Source: Amphiscolops sp. MND2022
Taxonomy: Eukaryota
Reading direction: 5' to 3'
DNA length: 64,000 nt
Assembly (NCBI GenBank): GCA_964187785.1
Contig: OZ076409.1
Coordinates: forward strand, 18,106,001-18,170,000
The stretch's first letter is position 1, and the number at the start of each line of letters is the position of its first letter. This document shows, piece after piece, positions 59,933 to 64,000 of the stretch. Both the position numbers and the translations under genes were made by a program. Below the pieces are notes generated by a model, which was not told the DNA's origin, made no database searches, and saw nothing but the letters and a program-made list of their open reading frames with translations.

Positions 59933-60992
59933 TGTCATGCCGAACGGCATGATTTATCCAACGACGACACACCCTAGTCGTCAGAAACTGCAACTAAACT
60001 TAAAACGAAATAAAACTCATGAAACATTTTTACAACAAAGAACGACCGACTTATCTGGTCGTCAATTTCCCTAAAAACACATTACATGTAAAGTTACATA
60101 TAATCATACAGTGCATCGTTTAGTATCTCACAAAAAACAATTCCCAGTTATTGAGCAGTATTCATAAACTCATTTTACTCAGTAGTTACAAATTACAGAT
60201 ATTGCATCGATTTATACCAATAACCAAAACAATTAGTCGTCACCAACAAATTGTACACCGATTCATATTATATATAAGTCCACATCCATGGTTACCATAA
60301 ATGCTTTAATTACAGTTCAGTCGGGGCTAAAAGTAGGAATGTGATAACAGGTGCGAAAGTGCTACTTAAAGGATTAACGACGACTGAAGTTAATAGTCGC
60401 TGAACGCACCTTAAAGTGTGACTTACCGGATCAATAAGAAACAGCAAAGAAAACAGGCGCAAATTATGAAGTATTATGTACGCTTGACTTAAAATATACA
60501 AGGTGCAAAACCGAAGTAAGAAATCACCAGAAGAAATTGTGCTACCATTGAGAACAGACGTTACTAACATTACAGCGAAGTTGACCTTTTGACTAATTCA
60601 TACTTAAAATATCTTACGAATTTCTCTTTTCAATTCATCAATAAATCAACCTTCTTGAACCACTAATTGATAGAAAGATGGTAAATACTAGATCCCAATT
60701 CAGTAGAGAAAACCGAGTAGAACAACCGACAAGTGATGGTTACTCTTACAATGAAGACAATATTAGTGTGATTGACGACTAATCAGGAAGTTATTCCAGG
60801 AAAACGATGAGTCGTTGAGACAGCAAGAAAGCGATCATAAAAGATCCAGGATAGAGCAGAGGTTCATGGAAATGAATAGGCAGATCGGCGAATTAACCAG
60901 TATGGTCAGAGCAATAACTGAAAAGGTCTCGAATAGTAGGGAAGAGAGTGACCCCAACGTCCGCAAACTTAGCACGTTGCCTCATTCTGACA
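59933..60992 (+). mobile_element. Solo LTR (1060 bp) of a related Gypsy family, carrying a decayed gag 5' end
   Basis: Starts TGTCATGCCGAACGGCATGAT (compare TGTCATGCCAGCATGAT of the big element) and ends TCTGACA. GAAAC duplication at 59928-59932 and 60993-60997. ATG 60678 (MVNTRSQ...) and a coiled coil (RIEQRFMEMNRQIGELTSMVRAI) run to the LTR end. Confidence 0.88.
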
Positions 60993-62789
60993 GAAACCGA
61001 GTTGTCGTTGAAATTTTACACCATTCTAACCCACGAAATAGCTCGAAAGTTGGATAAAAAAATCAAAAAACGTCAATGATTTCTTGATTTTCGGATCATT
61101 CTCAGGATGTCTTCCTACGTGGTAAACTGCAAAATCAAAATTTTGAGGGTTTGGGGTGTTTCCGAGGTCCATGGATTTTGGGGTGTTCCCGAGGTCAACT
61201 CCAACAAACAAAATAATGCAGTCATATGTTCAAAAACGCCAACTGGATACCAAACTATGTCGTTGCTAAGTTTCTTGAATTACCCATTTTATTCAAGGAC
61301 GTTGCACAAAAAGTATACAAAACGTCCATGAAAACTTAAATATTTTTGCATATTTTGGTTCATTCTGAGGAAAAATTCTTTGATGAAATGTGGACTATTC
61401 TCTTTGACAAGCAATTTGCGGGCCTCGTTATACCAACTAGAACTTTTTGAAGCTTTGATCTCACCAAAAATTTCTAATCTCAAATAAAACACCACTGAAA
61501 ATCAGTAACTTTTTTGACATTTTCGAGATTTAGTGGTCTAATCTGAGCCATTTTCCAACTGAAGTCGGCAAATATGTCCTTAAAACGTACTCGATTTTAA
61601 GTTCAGTCCTTTTTGAACGTTTTCCAACATGCTGACTGCTGAACAAGTTGCAAAAAATATTGAAGATGTTGAAAGTTTTCGCCTCATTTGGAGTCATTCT
61701 GAAGTGTTTCTGAAACAAACCGCTGCAACGTTCTCGTGAAAAGGGTACTGCATAGCTTGTTTGTTTAATTTTGAACGTTTTGGAACTTCTATCTTATGAA
61801 ATCTCTCAGAAACTTACAGAAATTGCACTAAAAACACTAATTATTGAAAGTGTTGGATTTTTCGACAATTTCCGGGTCAATTTGATGCATTTTGCTATTA
61901 CAAATTGTTTTATCTATTACAAAAGCTTTCTGAAATAACAAATTCTTCCATTGTTCGACAGTTTCAACATTATAATTCAGGAAGGCTATCCAAAAAGCGA
62001 CAAAAAATTAATGAAAACCGTGAAAATCGGAAAAAATTGAAAATTTTCTTTCCGGTGTCTATCCGAGACATTATTCACTTTAAAAAAACAGCATTTACCT
62101 GTTAAGAAAAATACTACTTCTTGTTGACCAGTTTCAATTTTCCAATCAACGAATTCTGTCGAAAGTTTGGCAAAAAATGTATAAAATCATTGAAAGTTGA
62201 AAATAAGTCGAGTTTCAGTCATTTTTGGTGTCAATTTGAGACAATTTCAAAAAAACCGCATTTATTTATTAGGAAAAGCCGTCTGGATAAAAAGTTTTTG
62301 CCTTGTTGAACAGGTTCAACATCTTAATTCACGTCCTTTATCGAATATTTGAAAACAAATGCATAAAAAAGTTAAGCTCAAAAAGTTTCGCATTTTTTTG
62401 TTTTTGGGGTCAGTTTCGGTTTTTTTGTTCAGGAAAACCGCATTTATTTCTCCATAAAAACCTACTGGACAACGAAATCTAGCCTTGTTGAAAGTTTTCA
62501 CCATCTTCGATGTCTATAGAGTGGTGCTCAGACTGTTCACATTGATTATTCTCCATTCACAGTTTCTTGCTTTTTTGTTCTTTTCATTAAATACCAATTG
62601 AGTCCAGAAAAAGCATTGCTCACAAGAAAAACAACAAAATAGATCACAGTCGAAATGAATAATAATATATGTTTCAATCTAATGCTAGAATACAAAATGG
62701 CGCAATCAGCATAACATTCGAGGCTATATTTGTGTTCATAAAACGTTCAAGAAAACGATATGGAAGAAAACATAGAAGCAACTCCAAAA

Positions 62790-64000
62790 AATGGTGGTCT
62801 CTCAAACGTCGACAGAACCACGGTTGAGTGGACAAGTACTACCGAACGACCCACTGAATAGGGCGGCAGACCGGAGCTGTACCCAAAACATTACCATTCC
62901 TACACTAGAGAAGCAAGATCAAACCAACGCGAACATGTGGTGGCAAAAAAATGTCCAGTACATAAAAACGACAAAAGATTTTGAGTTGTAAACCATAACG
63001 AACAGCAAAGAATTTTTACCACAAAACCGTGATCAACTCAACACAGACTAAAAAAAGATATTCATATGGGCAATTAGACAGAATGCTAACACGGAAATGA
63101 CGAAAATGATCAGAGAAAGAGAACCGAGATCACTACCACTACATAAATTACACACGCTGTTCCGTCTACACTTCCTACCAGAATGAATTGTACATCGTAC
63201 CAAGGCCGACTTCTTTGACCTGAAGCGAAAAGATGAAGATTCTGCGGCAGACGTCTGGAAACGATCCTAGAAATAACAAAGGACTGCGAATACTAGACAA
63301 TAACTGCGGCTGAAATATTGGCATCAAAATTTCTAACCCTCATTGGAAAATCTACCGGCAACTCCAAACTAACGAAAAAGATTAGAAAGCGCGCTATGTG
63401 AGTAAAAGCCACAGCCGACACGATACGTAAATACATGTTTGAGAAAATCAATGACTCAACAGACACGGAGGAAGAGAAAGGTTCAGTACTTGAATATAAA
63501 AAAACAAGACCCACAAACGAAAACCGGGTAAACCAACGAATATCAAGAAGATGGATCGTGATGAATGCGGAGCACCAAACTGGTCACAGCAACACGAGTG
63601 TCCCTCTAGTGGAGAAATGTGCCAAGTACGGAAAGAAGGGTCATTTCACTAAATGTTGCCGTTCGAACAGAAAAGTAAACCACGTGAAGGAAGGAGAAAC
63701 AAGCTGCGCGTTGGAAGTTGACTGGTCACCGGACAGGACCCATTCATTAAAACAGAAAAAATTTTCAGCGCGTTCAACAAACAACAATGGTCCTGAATTC
63801 TTCACAATCACCGCATTGGTCAACAACCGACCAAACAGATTCATCATAGACAGCGGTTCATCGGTAACACTGATGCCAAACTCACAGTTCAACTATAAAA
63901 CACCATTACGTCCATTGGAAACAGAAAACAGGGAGGTGTATGACAACCGGATAAAAATGGAAAGGAAAACATTAGCAATTATAGAAATTGACGGAAATCA
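62790..64000 (+). pseudogene. Decayed Gypsy gag-protease fragment, running off the right end
   Basis: IFIWAIRQNANTEMTKMIRERE...FRLHFLPE, knuckle remnants, and protease motif FIIDSGSSVTLMP near 63840; multiple stops. Confidence 0.7.

Noticed and set aside
1..64000. tRNA or rRNA genes, and a species or host-gene symbol
   Set aside because: No RNA genes recognised; the sequence alone does not allow a confident species or ortholog assignment.

Overview
AT-rich, repeat-dense eukaryotic (probably invertebrate metazoan) genomic DNA. A minus-strand host gene spans most of the window (15 predicted coding exons, 58193 to 4865, continuing off the left end). It encodes a signal peptide, about nine fibronectin type III (FN3) repeats and two FN2-like modules. 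One intron holds a very young, full-length 19.3-kb Ty3/Gypsy LTR retrotransposon (28661-47939; 2235-bp near-identical LTRs, GCATG target-site duplication). This element is unusual in four ways. (i) Between pol and the 3' LTR it carries an antisense, 8-exon/7-intron gene of about 1045 aa that looks like a catalytically degenerate hAT-transposase derivative with a BED-like zinc finger. (ii) Its non-coding DNA contains roughly 55-60 copies of a GATG-N7-GATG dyad, often at a 60-bp period. (iii) gag starts about 310 bp inside the LTR and reads through the primer-binding site. (iv) RFX X-boxes lie in the LTR and upstream of the cargo gene. Together these suggest a candidate cargo DNA-binding protein plus cognate motif-array system (inference). 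A solo LTR of a sister family (59933-60992) has the same gag-in-LTR layout. The remainder is decayed Gypsy, LINE and hAT fragments, MITEs, Helentron-associated (HINE-like) repeats and microsatellites. All calls were made by eye, with no database searches.
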